DNA from: a virus
Strand: one strand, 5' to 3'
Virus record (IMG/VR): IMGVR_UViG_3300005690_000022
Coordinates: 1,653 to 65,652 of that record
Length of the DNA stretch: 64,000 bases
The translations under genes were made by a program, and so were the position numbers. This document shows positions 20,072 through 30,338 of this stretch, piece by piece (position 1 is the stretch's first letter; every line of letters starts with the position of its first letter). The notes under the pieces were generated by a model that worked only from the letters and a program-made list of their open reading frames with translations, had not been told where the DNA came from and did no database searches.

Positions 20072-22510
20072 ATGAAAGTCAAACTAAAAAAACAGAATGA
20101 GTTGTTGAATGTTGCCAAAGATGGCATCACGTTGGAAACAATCAAGGATGGATATTTTCATTATAAAATGAGATTGAACTTCAACTTCAACAAAATTCTT
20201 GCAGAGAAGTCATTTGCCGTTACTCTTCTCGGTAGAGAAAAGGCTTATGAAAAAGTTGAGCCAAAAATTTTCCCAAACTTCAATCCTGATTTGATCGTAA
20301 AGGAACTTCAAACTCAAAGACCTTCTGCTATTGATTTGGCAAGGTCTACTAAAATTGAGGCATTCTTTTCAAAGGAACTTGATCTTACTGCCTTTTTCCC
20401 AAAAACCGCTATTGGAAAAATACAAAATGCTTTTGATAAAAGTGCTGTATTGAAAAAAAGAACATTGAAACCCGTGGCTGTTGGTGACCTACAGTCAAAA
20501 AATGTTTCTGCACCTATTTTGGAAAACAACCTTTCACGCAATATCGTCACCTCAACAAGAACAGCAAATAATGCAGTTTTGAAAAGTGACATGAACAAGG
20601 TTTTGTTTGATACAAAACGTGATCCAGCCGATTTCAGTTCTCCAACATTTACTGTTGGAACTGCAAATTCTTCTTTCAATGGAACAATACCTAAAACTCC
20701 AAAGAAGTTGATGACAATCAGTCAAGGATTGAATGATAGAGAAAAGAACTCAATCATTGGATCATTGCTGAATGATAGAACTGCGGATGCTCTTCGCAGT
20801 CTTCCGCCTGATGCAATCCTGATGATGCCTGTTGAAGAAGAAACATATTTTCTAACAGCAACATTTGATATTCTTATTCCAGTTGGAGATTTGAATACAG
20901 ACAATTTTTATTTTACCTTACTTCACAAAACAAAACAGAATGTTGTTCAAGGTATCTATAATTTCTATGTTCCACATTTGAAGAATGTTGAAAATCTAAA
21001 CATTCCAACAAAAGCTCCGATGATTGAGGTTCTTCCAAGAGTAAACAACAACTTTGTTGATATTGCCCTAAAGCAAGTTGATCCAACTGCAACACAAATT
21101 TTTCTCTATAGAAAACAAATCAAGAAAGACGCACCTTCTTCCGAAGAAAGCTTTGTTGAGGTTGGAAGGTATTCTGTTCAAGGAGCGGAATATGTTAGAG
21201 TTCTGGATGTTTTGCCCGGATTGTCACCAACGATTTATCGAGCTGTTCCGGTTGGAACAAACGGTGTAATGGGTGCCGAATTTTCTTCTGCTTTTGTAGA
21301 TGTTGAAAATTCATTCTCTTTGTCAAACAAGAAGAGACAACAAAGACCATCTTCTGTTTCTATCAACACAGAAAATTTTTCAAACGGTGTAAAAGTTGAA
21401 GTTCGCTCGATGCCAGCAGGTCCAATTTCTTGGTGCGTTTTGAGAAAAAATCTAAGCAACAAAGAAACCAAGTATTCTACAATTTCAAACATTTTTCAAA
21501 TCACCGATGAAAGTTCCGCTCCTCTTATTTTTGAAGATACAACAGTCAATCTTGATAAAATTTATGACTACAAAATCAGGATGATTTATAAAGACGGTTT
21601 TGAAGTTGATTCGACATCAACTTCAACAATTGGTTTCAAACCAATCTCTTCCAACATTGTCAACACAAAAATACTATCTCCAACTGTCATTACAGTGGGC
21701 AACGAATACGATACAACATTCTCTATAACCTCTGAGATAATTCCTGGGCAGATTGACCTTGTGAAAAATGCACTCGCCTCACAGGGGCTCACAGAGTACG
21801 CAGACGCTATTCAGGCAGACCGATCTCAACTTCAAAAATTGTTTTCATACAAGGTTGAGAGGTTCAATATGGTAACTGGTGAACTTGAGGATTTTGGTGT
21901 GATAAGAGAACCATCATTTTCAGACTTGAAATATCAAAAAAACTCATCAGTAAAACCAATTGAAGCCGGAGCTCGCTATCAATACAAAGTGACAACTTAC
22001 CTAAGAGCAACGGACAGTTTGTTGTCATCAATTAGAACAACTGTTTCTGGTTCTAGAGGATACACTTATCAACCATTCAAATGGAAACATCCGTTGGCAC
22101 TCAACCAAGGAACTCTTTCAACTCCTGAAAGTAGAAAGAGAAACTTTGCGGAAAGTGATTTTACTTTCGGTGACGTAGTTGACATTACAACCACAACAGT
22201 TTCCTTGGCTGACAACATTCCAATTGTTGAACAGGCTGTTGCTTCAAAAATTTCAAACTCAAAGGTTCTAATTTCTTGGAATGTAAAAGGAACTCTAAAG
22301 AAAATAGACCACTTCATAGTTATTCTTGAGGTTCTTGGGATTAGAACAGTCGTTGGAAAATCTCATGCTCTCGGAAACACAAACCATTTCAGATTTTTGG
22401 ACAACTTGACAAACAATGAAAAGGGTGGATTGACATACATCATAATTCCAGTTTATCAAGATCAGGGACGAGGCGCTGAAGTAAAAACAAATACGGTTGT
22501 GGTAGAATAA
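20072..22510 (+). CDS. Structural protein with FN3-like repeats
   Basis: YRK..F.D..V...YDYKI beta-rich repeats. Confidence 0.55.
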   Translation: MKVKLKKQNELLNVAKDGITLETIKDGYFHYKMRLNFNFNKILAEKSFAVTLLGREKAYEKVEPKIFPNFNPDLIVKELQTQRPSAIDLARSTKIEAFFSKELDLTAFFPKTAIGKIQNAFDKSAVLKKRTLKPVAVGDLQSKNVSAPILENNLSRNIVTSTRTANNAVLKSDMNKVLFDTKRDPADFSSPTFTVGTANSSFNGTIPKTPKKLMTISQGLNDREKNSIIGSLLNDRTADALRSLPPDAILMMPVEEETYFLTATFDILIPVGDLNTDNFYFTLLHKTKQNVVQGIYNFYVPHLKNVENLNIPTKAPMIEVLPRVNNNFVDIALKQVDPTATQIFLYRKQIKKDAPSSEESFVEVGRYSVQGAEYVRVLDVLPGLSPTIYRAVPVGTNGVMGAEFSSAFVDVENSFSLSNKKRQQRPSSVSINTENFSNGVKVEVRSMPAGPISWCVLRKNLSNKETKYSTISNIFQITDESSAPLIFEDTTVNLDKIYDYKIRMIYKDGFEVDSTSTSTIGFKPISSNIVNTKILSPTVITVGNEYDTTFSITSEIIPGQIDLVKNALASQGLTEYADAIQADRSQLQKLFSYKVERFNMVTGELEDFGVIREPSFSDLKYQKNSSVKPIEAGARYQYKVTTYLRATDSLLSSIRTTVSGSRGYTYQPFKWKHPLALNQGTLSTPESRKRNFAESDFTFGDVVDITTTTVSLADNIPIVEQAVASKISNSKVLISWNVKGTLKKIDHFIVILEVLGIRTVVGKSHALGNTNHFRFLDNLTNNEKGGLTYIIIPVYQDQGRGAEVKTNTVVVE

Positions 22511-22520
22511 CGGTGAAAGA

Positions 22521-25500
22521 ATGACCAGATATTTCGGATTAGGAGTTAGGGGACGTGGAGCAAGTCTTGGAGGAATTCAAGTCACTGGAACTCCTATTCC
22601 AAACCTACCAAGACCATCGAGCACACCATCAAGTACACCGGCAGAAAGTCCATCATCTTCTGGATTTACTGGTTCTAGATTGAGAGACGATGTTGCTGGG
22701 CAAATTGGAGATATTTCTTCTGCTCCATTGCAAGATCAAGTCAATCGAAGAATTACAGGAAATGGTGTTGTTGAAGTTTTGGAAGGATTGAGACGTCGAA
22801 CTGGAGTTGATGTTGTTTCCAGAATCCGTGACTTTAGAGAGTTATCAACAGACACGCTTGATGTTTCTAGAAACACTATCTTGAACGGTTCTTTTGTTCC
22901 AGTTGAAAAAGATGGAATCTCATCGTACCGTCCAGAGATTCTAACCGTTACAGACTTTCTTTCAGCCTTCAATAATGGACAACTGACTGGAGTTGGAAAC
23001 TTAATTGATTTCCAATATCAAGCATCAAAAATCAGGTTTGAGACACTTGTCTACATCTTTGAACAGTTGGAGAATTCCAGAAATGGAAGAGCAAACTTGT
23101 CTCGACTTCGTTCTGATTATGATCAAAGAATAAGAAACATTGGAGAAAGTCTAAAGATTTACAATCAGATTCTTTCAAATGTCCAAGTTGTAAACAAAGC
23201 CTTGGATATCAAAAAATATCCAAGTTCTGTATATGACACAAAGAAATTCAAAACTTTGAAGGATTTTTTTACAAGTCATCTTCAATTCACTGAAGACAAC
23301 TGGAACCAGTTTGCTGAAAGCAAAATCCTCCTTCAGATGACTTTTGATTTGAGAAAAATCTTGGAGAATTACTCCTACAACTTATTTGATATTGTTGATA
23401 CCGATCGACCAAGTAATTTTTCACCAGTAACACTAGACACAACATATGATTTGACCGATGGCTTTACGTTCAATGTAAATTCAATTCGTTCTCCAATTGA
23501 ACCACTAAACGCATCAGAAACATCATTTTTTTCTCAATTTGTTTCAAGTCTTCCAGTAAATCCTGATGATAAGATCAAACTTTTAATCAACCTACTATCA
23601 AAAGAACTGAGAGTTTCAAAAGGTTTGGGAACTACTCAAATTCAAAATGACATTCAAAGAGATTTCGGACAGGGAACAGAAGGTAATCCTTTCGATAATA
23701 TTCTTGGAACGGTAAATACAACCATTTTTGATGCGCCTCTTGGAGAAGGTTCTCTTGCTTCAATTTTCCGAATTGATATCAATGAAGATGTTGCAGTTTT
23801 ACCATTTGAAAACAAATACATTGACTTTGAAAGTGTGAAAAAAACATATGTACCGGGTAGTGAATATTTGGCTGAAACTATTGTTCAGTCAGTTACTCCT
23901 GCTCAAGGCTTCAACATTCAACCGTACACTGATTTTGTTTCTAGATATGTAAAAGTCAGTTCTTCTGTAAGAAACTCAATAACAAAACTTCTTCAACTTG
24001 ATCAACAGATTTCATCAGGACTCGTTCCAGATAACTTGTTTGATATGTTCAGTTCAATGTTTCGCGCAAGTATTGAGGGAACTGTCGACAAGAATTCATT
24101 GAACACTGATCAACTAATCATAAACGCTGTATTCAAACTTTCAAACACAGACCTTGTTTTGAAAAACATGTTGTTCCAGTTTTGTATTCTTGCAGCACTG
24201 GATTCTTCCAAAGAAGAAGAACAACGTGGTTCAATCCAACATTTCATCAGTGACCTAAAGAGAACTTTTTCAAGTCTAAATTTTGTTCGTTTGGAACCAG
24301 GGGAAGATCCATTTGTTTCAGACCGAACTGTTGAGTTTAGTGAATTGTTGCGTCGACTTGCAAGTGATATCGAAGCAAGAGTAAAGACTCTTGTTACAAC
24401 AACACGATCTTCCTCTAGAAGAACAAACACTTTGGAAATCAATGTTCTAAATGGAACGTTGAGAAATCAACTATCAAATCTGCAACTAAACATTCCTTCT
24501 TCCTTGCTTGGCTCCTTTGGAAATGGAAACATTCTAAGTCTTGCTGATGGTGCAATAACTTCAACTCTTGTTGAAAGTGTTGAAGCATCTGGAGTTTCAT
24601 CAAACAACACGATAAAAGCAATCATTGATATGTACACAAGTACATATCGACTGGCTTCTGACATTGCAAACCCAGTTCACTTACTGAATGATCTTAGCCA
24701 CAGAACAAGATTTAATTTCTTGTCATCAACAACAATCTTTCTTTTGATTTTTGAAACATTTGCTTCTTTTCTTGAGAAATACTCTTTCCAATCCTTTTCA
24801 AAGAATTCTGCATCATCAGGATTCAAAATTGAACACGCCACCGATATGCATGGTCTGATTATAGGATCATTGGAGAATATTATTCAACAAAAGCTCGCTG
24901 CCACCCCGAAAGTATCTCTAATTGGTTATGTTCCACTAGGCACTTTTGCAGGGCAATTAGCAGGCACAACCATCCCAAAGATTATCCCAAATACTCTTTT
25001 GTCGAATAGCAACTTATTATTCCGTTCTTCTGGCGAGGGGACCAGTGGTGCTTCTTCTGTCTCAAACGTTTTGAATAAATCTGTGCTGCCTTCAAATCTT
25101 TTGGTGGATGCACTACGTAGTCCATTAGCAGGAACAAATGTGAAATCTCTGGCGGATTTCACAAATATGCTCAACACATTCAAGAACATTGGAGCCAATG
25201 ATCGTTTCTTTAGAGATATTGCTCTACGTCCGGATATTTTCCGTGGTTTTGAATACTTCATTTCCCTCCGTTCAATTAGAAATAAATTGGCAACGGAGAA
25301 TTTGATTGTTGAAAACTTCTTGCATATCTTTGAAAAGATCGAAGCAATGCTAATGGATGGAAAAGCAAAAGTTTCTTCGAATCTTACAACCAATCTCATT
25401 CAACAGTTCCTTGCATTGGGAAATCAAGAAGAGGACTTGAGTTTGTTGAAATCAAGAACCCAAGTTGATACAATGGAGAACATCTATCAAGATTTTCTGT

Positions 25501-26570
25501 CTATGACAGACAGAAATCCAAGAAAAGTAACAAGAGGAAGGCAAATTCAAAACAGCAATTTTGTTATCTTTGATGGTTTTCAAAACAACATTTATAATGC
25601 GCTGCTGTCTTTTCTTTCTCAAAAGGAACTTCAAGACATTGGTAATGAAAGGTCAAAATTGAAAGTAGTCTCAATTGGACTTCCTCAAAATATGACCAAT
25701 CAAATTAGTGATAGAATTAATGGAGACGCGATCACCAGAACAAGTTTTGTTGACAAAGAATTTGACGTTGTTTCAATCAATGTTTACAAACGTGATTTGA
25801 GAAGAGAAGAACTTGTCTTCAAGCCTAAAAAATTGTTATTTGACTTGAGCCTTTATCAAGATCCATCTTTTGTCTTGGAAAGAAATGGAAGATTTTATGA
25901 CTTTGAAAGACTTCTTGAAACAATTACTCTTAGAGACTTGTCAAAAACAGACGGACAAAAAGTAAACTTGAGAGATTTGCAAAACTCAACTTCTTACAAT
26001 TTCCTTCAACCATTCGAAATAAGACAGATGGTTTCTAATCATGTTCAATCAAACCTTTTGAATGAATATATGAATATAGTAACTGGAATAGACCTGACTG
26101 AGAGAAACTTTACTTACAATCCGCTTTATGAAGCAGAAGCAGAATTCAATCCTGATTTGTCAAATCTTGTTTTGGATTACATTCGAAATGATATGAGATA
26201 CAATCTTCCTTCAACAAATGTCAACGAACTTCTAACAAACGAAAGTGTACCTGTTGAAATTCGAGACATGTTGCAACTGATTTCATTTGGAAACATTTTG
26301 TCCAAACCAGAATACGTTCAAGAGCTTGTGATTAGTCCGAAGAAGTTTGATAGAACATTTACATTTCTTTTGAATGTTGATGATTTTGAAATAGATGTTG
26401 AGGCAACTCGTTTGACAGAAAGTGGACGACGCCTCCTTGAAAAGAGAGAATTTCTTTCATTGATTGATGAAGCACTATTTGAAACTCAAGGAATAATGAA
26501 ATTGAAAAAACAAGATGACTTACGTTTTGATGATTTCTTTCTTACTGTAGAAACACTTAGGGGTGCATAA
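22521..26570 (+). CDS. Large hypothetical (probably virion) protein
   Basis: 1349 aa ORF in structural operon. Confidence 0.6.
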   Translation: MTRYFGLGVRGRGASLGGIQVTGTPIPNLPRPSSTPSSTPAESPSSSGFTGSRLRDDVAGQIGDISSAPLQDQVNRRITGNGVVEVLEGLRRRTGVDVVSRIRDFRELSTDTLDVSRNTILNGSFVPVEKDGISSYRPEILTVTDFLSAFNNGQLTGVGNLIDFQYQASKIRFETLVYIFEQLENSRNGRANLSRLRSDYDQRIRNIGESLKIYNQILSNVQVVNKALDIKKYPSSVYDTKKFKTLKDFFTSHLQFTEDNWNQFAESKILLQMTFDLRKILENYSYNLFDIVDTDRPSNFSPVTLDTTYDLTDGFTFNVNSIRSPIEPLNASETSFFSQFVSSLPVNPDDKIKLLINLLSKELRVSKGLGTTQIQNDIQRDFGQGTEGNPFDNILGTVNTTIFDAPLGEGSLASIFRIDINEDVAVLPFENKYIDFESVKKTYVPGSEYLAETIVQSVTPAQGFNIQPYTDFVSRYVKVSSSVRNSITKLLQLDQQISSGLVPDNLFDMFSSMFRASIEGTVDKNSLNTDQLIINAVFKLSNTDLVLKNMLFQFCILAALDSSKEEEQRGSIQHFISDLKRTFSSLNFVRLEPGEDPFVSDRTVEFSELLRRLASDIEARVKTLVTTTRSSSRRTNTLEINVLNGTLRNQLSNLQLNIPSSLLGSFGNGNILSLADGAITSTLVESVEASGVSSNNTIKAIIDMYTSTYRLASDIANPVHLLNDLSHRTRFNFLSSTTIFLLIFETFASFLEKYSFQSFSKNSASSGFKIEHATDMHGLIIGSLENIIQQKLAATPKVSLIGYVPLGTFAGQLAGTTIPKIIPNTLLSNSNLLFRSSGEGTSGASSVSNVLNKSVLPSNLLVDALRSPLAGTNVKSLADFTNMLNTFKNIGANDRFFRDIALRPDIFRGFEYFISLRSIRNKLATENLIVENFLHIFEKIEAMLMDGKAKVSSNLTTNLIQQFLALGNQEEDLSLLKSRTQVDTMENIYQDFLSMTDRNPRKVTRGRQIQNSNFVIFDGFQNNIYNALLSFLSQKELQDIGNERSKLKVVSIGLPQNMTNQISDRINGDAITRTSFVDKEFDVVSINVYKRDLRREELVFKPKKLLFDLSLYQDPSFVLERNGRFYDFERLLETITLRDLSKTDGQKVNLRDLQNSTSYNFLQPFEIRQMVSNHVQSNLLNEYMNIVTGIDLTERNFTYNPLYEAEAEFNPDLSNLVLDYIRNDMRYNLPSTNVNELLTNESVPVEIRDMLQLISFGNILSKPEYVQELVISPKKFDRTFTFLLNVDDFEIDVEATRLTESGRRLLEKREFLSLIDEALFETQGIMKLKKQDDLRFDDFFLTVETLRGA

Positions 26571-28384
26571 TGGCTATTTCATTACCTTCCAAAAAATTTG
26601 CTGTTGTTGATACTCCTGAAGTTAAAAATTTTGAGGCAGACTTCAATTACATCTTTTTTACCACGGATGAAAGATTGAATGACAGTGGAGATATTCCTGG
26701 AGATTTGGCAATCGAACGCCTCAATCCAGAACAGTTTTCTTCCGATCAGATTGATTCAATCAATTTCCGTAGATTTACTCCTCGCTTTACAAGATTTTCA
26801 TGGACGCCAGTCGTCAAATACACAAGCAATGTTCAATCAGTTGATGCAAGCATCAGAAACAACCTTGATAAAATCCAAGGCGAAGATCAATTTTCAAATG
26901 ATGAATTCAGTACCGTGAAAGTCCAAGATAGTTTCTATGATGAAAGAGCTAAGTTTTACGTGAAACGTCTCTTGGAGGATGTTCAAAGGCAACAAAATAC
27001 AGTGCCAGGAACAGCAACAAAGCCGAATCCTTTCAAGCCAGAAAAATCTCCTTTAGATGTTGCCAAGTTTCTAAATGAAAGAACTGATGAAGAAATTTCT
27101 GCAAACTTTCTTGCTACAACACTTGCAAACTTACAAGAAATTGATAGTCAATATTTGTTTGTGAATAATGACAACAAACAAGTTTTTTTGAATTCAATAC
27201 TCAATTCAATCAAGGATGTTAGTGTAAAAACTCAAATTTCAAGAAATGTTCTAGCTGATGTTCTCAAAGGAAATACTCAAAATACATTACGCTTTCTAAC
27301 TGATGATCTACTGTCAGCTCAAAGATTGGCAGAAACAGACCAGAAAGCAGCAATTCTAGCAAATCCAAGCAACTTGATGAATGCTCAAAATTATGATTTT
27401 GAGGTTCTTGAGTATTTGAGTGTTTTACCAATTGATGAAACAGATTTCAAAACAATTGTTCAGCCAATCGGTTATGTCATTGAAAAAGAAGAACTTACTT
27501 CGAATGGTCCTGTGAGAAAAAACTCAATCGTTGTTGAAAATCCTTTTGCATCTTCTACGATTGATCGTCAAATCAAATATGGAACTTCTTACAGATATCG
27601 AATTAGAACAATAGTTTATGTTCGTCTTCGAGCACAAGATACAGACAGTAATGAAGTGGTTGCTATTGATTTCTTGTTAGGTTCTCTTTACTCTTCTTGG
27701 AAGGTTGTAACGACAGAAGAAAAGGTCGGACCACCTGCTCCTGTTGATTTTGAATTGAACTGGGATTACGGAAATGAAAGATTGTATTTGAACTGGTCTT
27801 TCCCTGTAAACACTCAAAGAGACATCAAATATTTCCAAGTCTTTAGACGAAGAACAATCAATGAACCATTTGAATTGATCAAGATGTACGACTTTGATGA
27901 CAGCCTTGTTCCAAGCCCGTTCAGATTTGAAACTCCTGATCCACAACTTGTAGAAAAAATGAAAAATCCACTTGGATACTTTGTTGATCCAGAGTTTACC
28001 AGACGAAGCAAATTCATCTATGCTCTTTGTGCGATAGATGCTCATCAGTTTAGTTCTCCATATTCGGTTCAGTTTGAGGTTTCATTTGATGTTGTGAAGA
28101 ACAAGTTGGTAAGGAGAATGATTTCTCCTGAAGGTGCTCCAAAACCATATCCAAATATGTTCTTATTACAAGATACTTTTGTTGATACAATCAAAGACGA
28201 GGGTCATTCAAAAATTGACATTGTATTCGATCCAGAGTATCTGAAAGTTTATGATGCAAACGGAAATGATTTGCGTCTTATCAAGACAGGTCCAAACACA
28301 AGATACAAACTTCAAATGATAAACATCGATCTTCAACAAGAACAAACAATCGAAATGAAAGTTGAAGACCGTAGAAGTTCATAA
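26570..28384 (+). CDS. Structural protein with FN3-like domains
   Basis: IKYGTSYRYRIR; PPAPVDFELNW..LNWSFP..KYFQVFRR. Confidence 0.6.
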   Translation: MAISLPSKKFAVVDTPEVKNFEADFNYIFFTTDERLNDSGDIPGDLAIERLNPEQFSSDQIDSINFRRFTPRFTRFSWTPVVKYTSNVQSVDASIRNNLDKIQGEDQFSNDEFSTVKVQDSFYDERAKFYVKRLLEDVQRQQNTVPGTATKPNPFKPEKSPLDVAKFLNERTDEEISANFLATTLANLQEIDSQYLFVNNDNKQVFLNSILNSIKDVSVKTQISRNVLADVLKGNTQNTLRFLTDDLLSAQRLAETDQKAAILANPSNLMNAQNYDFEVLEYLSVLPIDETDFKTIVQPIGYVIEKEELTSNGPVRKNSIVVENPFASSTIDRQIKYGTSYRYRIRTIVYVRLRAQDTDSNEVVAIDFLLGSLYSSWKVVTTEEKVGPPAPVDFELNWDYGNERLYLNWSFPVNTQRDIKYFQVFRRRTINEPFELIKMYDFDDSLVPSPFRFETPDPQLVEKMKNPLGYFVDPEFTRRSKFIYALCAIDAHQFSSPYSVQFEVSFDVVKNKLVRRMISPEGAPKPYPNMFLLQDTFVDTIKDEGHSKIDIVFDPEYLKVYDANGNDLRLIKTGPNTRYKLQMINIDLQQEQTIEMKVEDRRSS

Positions 28385-28423
28385 ATGAACTATTTAGTAG
28401 ATGACAAATAATCGGAGTTCATA

Positions 28424-29137
28424 GTGGGAATACTTCAAAACGACACAAATAACATCATTCTTGATGCAGTTCTAACTAATAAAGGAAGAGAACTGATCGC
28501 TCGTAGCGACAATTCTTTTTCAATCGTCAAGTTTGCAATCAGTGATGAAGAGGTCGACTATTCAATCATTCAGAAATATGGAAGAACTGTTGGTAAAGAA
28601 AAAATCGAAAAAAATACTCCGGTTTTTGAAGCTCTAACAAATCAATCTCTTGCACAGAAGTATCGATGTGTCTCTGTTTCAAACCCAAATCTACTACGTC
28701 TTCCAAGTTTGGCTCTTACGGGAGAAGGTGTTGATAGCACCTCTACAGTTTTATCCATTGGAAACACCACGGTTAGAAGTAGAAACATTAGCCTAAGTCA
28801 AACGATTACGAATGAAAGTTCGATCGACATTGAACTTCGAGATCAGTCATTTGTCATTGAACTTGATAATCGTTTCTTGCAAATCTCTGGAAGAGCAGCG
28901 GACGATGTTGACTCACAACAAAGAGCAAAGTATATCATTCCACGTGACGCTGGAGAAACATCTTTGGGTGGCTCAAGAGTTTCTTTCACGGTTTCTACAA
29001 AAGCAATCTCTGAATCACAATTCACAATCTTCGGAGCTTCTTACAATAAAAATCTAATTTCAACTTTCGTAAAAGTTTCTGGAATCCAATCTGGTGCTGT
29101 AAAAGAGTTTGAGGTTCAAATCAGTAAATCTTCCTGA
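28424..29137 (+). CDS. Tail/baseplate structural protein
   Basis: IILDAVLTNKGRELIAR..IVKFAISDEEVDY; GTG start. Confidence 0.6.
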   Translation: MGILQNDTNNIILDAVLTNKGRELIARSDNSFSIVKFAISDEEVDYSIIQKYGRTVGKEKIEKNTPVFEALTNQSLAQKYRCVSVSNPNLLRLPSLALTGEGVDSTSTVLSIGNTTVRSRNISLSQTITNESSIDIELRDQSFVIELDNRFLQISGRAADDVDSQQRAKYIIPRDAGETSLGGSRVSFTVSTKAISESQFTIFGASYNKNLISTFVKVSGIQSGAVKEFEVQISKSS

Positions 29138-29150
29138 AGGTAAATAAAGA

Positions 29151-30320
29151 ATGGCTATTTTCAAATCATTATCAAATGAGGATATCAAACGTTCTCGTTC
29201 ATTTTTGAACCAACTTGTTGATGTTGTTGATCAAGATATCTCTGAGAGCACAACTAGAAAGAAGTATCAAGTTTTTGTTACTGGAGGTGTTGGTCCCGGA
29301 GTAACATCTTCTTTGTGGCAAACGGTCTTTGACCAAGACTTTACTCTTCAAACAGCAAACCCAATTTTAGATTTGACAGTTGGAGTATCTACAGGAAGTC
29401 AAATCATGAGCATTACAAATGCTTCAATCGATTCGAATGGAAAGTATCTTTTTCCTCAATCATCTTTGATGATGAGAGAAAAACTTGATCTCTATCGAAC
29501 GTTTGCTCAAAAACTTCTCGGAAGTGAAGATCAAATCTTCACAATGAGATCCGGTTCTTCAACTTTTGAAATTCATGAAGCAATGTTTGTTTGTTTCAAA
29601 CGACTTTTTGCTCGTGATGGAATGAAAAGAGAAACGTTTGCAATGCGAGTGTTTCCAACAGCTTCAAAACTTGCCGGAGCAAATATGCTTTCTCCTGTTT
29701 CTGGAGGAAGTCCGACGAAGATTTACAGTGATATTGGTTCGAGCCAGAACAAAGAATATGAGTTTGGTGGGCAAGTCTCAACAATCGTTGATTCTGCTGA
29801 CACATCACAGATGGTTGGACTTCTTTTCTTGGATCAAGGCATTGCCGTATTTGACGTCTCTCGTTCATTTGATATGCAGCAAAGTATCTCTGGTTCAATT
29901 GATGCAGTGAATGTTGCTGGCGTTGTTCCAAACTTCTCTTCATCAATGATCTACTTCTTGGCTTCTGCAAGTATCGATGATATTGTCGACCACTTTGCAT
30001 TTACAAGATTTGCTTCTGGATCCACTGCACAAACAGCAATGACATTCCAGAATGTTACTGAAATCAACACAACAAATGTCTTTGTTCGCCTCGGTGCCGA
30101 TGAGTTCAACTATTCATCAAACCCAACATATACGGATGAAAATAATCGAATTGTTGTAATCGACGAAGGTCAAGAAGAAACTCAACAATCATTTGTGTTT
30201 TTCACAACTGTTGGTCTTTATGATGCAAACAACAACTTGCTTGCTGTTGGCAAAACCTCTCGACCAATCTTGAAAGACAATGAGCGTGATGTAACTCTAA
30301 AACTTCGCCTCGATTATTGA
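29151..30320 (+). CDS. Tail/baseplate structural protein
   Basis: C-terminal EFNYSSNPTY...TTVGLYDANNNLLAVGKTSRPILK, tail-collar-like. Confidence 0.6.
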   Translation: MAIFKSLSNEDIKRSRSFLNQLVDVVDQDISESTTRKKYQVFVTGGVGPGVTSSLWQTVFDQDFTLQTANPILDLTVGVSTGSQIMSITNASIDSNGKYLFPQSSLMMREKLDLYRTFAQKLLGSEDQIFTMRSGSSTFEIHEAMFVCFKRLFARDGMKRETFAMRVFPTASKLAGANMLSPVSGGSPTKIYSDIGSSQNKEYEFGGQVSTIVDSADTSQMVGLLFLDQGIAVFDVSRSFDMQQSISGSIDAVNVAGVVPNFSSSMIYFLASASIDDIVDHFAFTRFASGSTAQTAMTFQNVTEINTTNVFVRLGADEFNYSSNPTYTDENNRIVVIDEGQEETQQSFVFFTTVGLYDANNNLLAVGKTSRPILKDNERDVTLKLRLDY

Positions 30321-30338
30321 AATCGAGGGAGTTGGGTT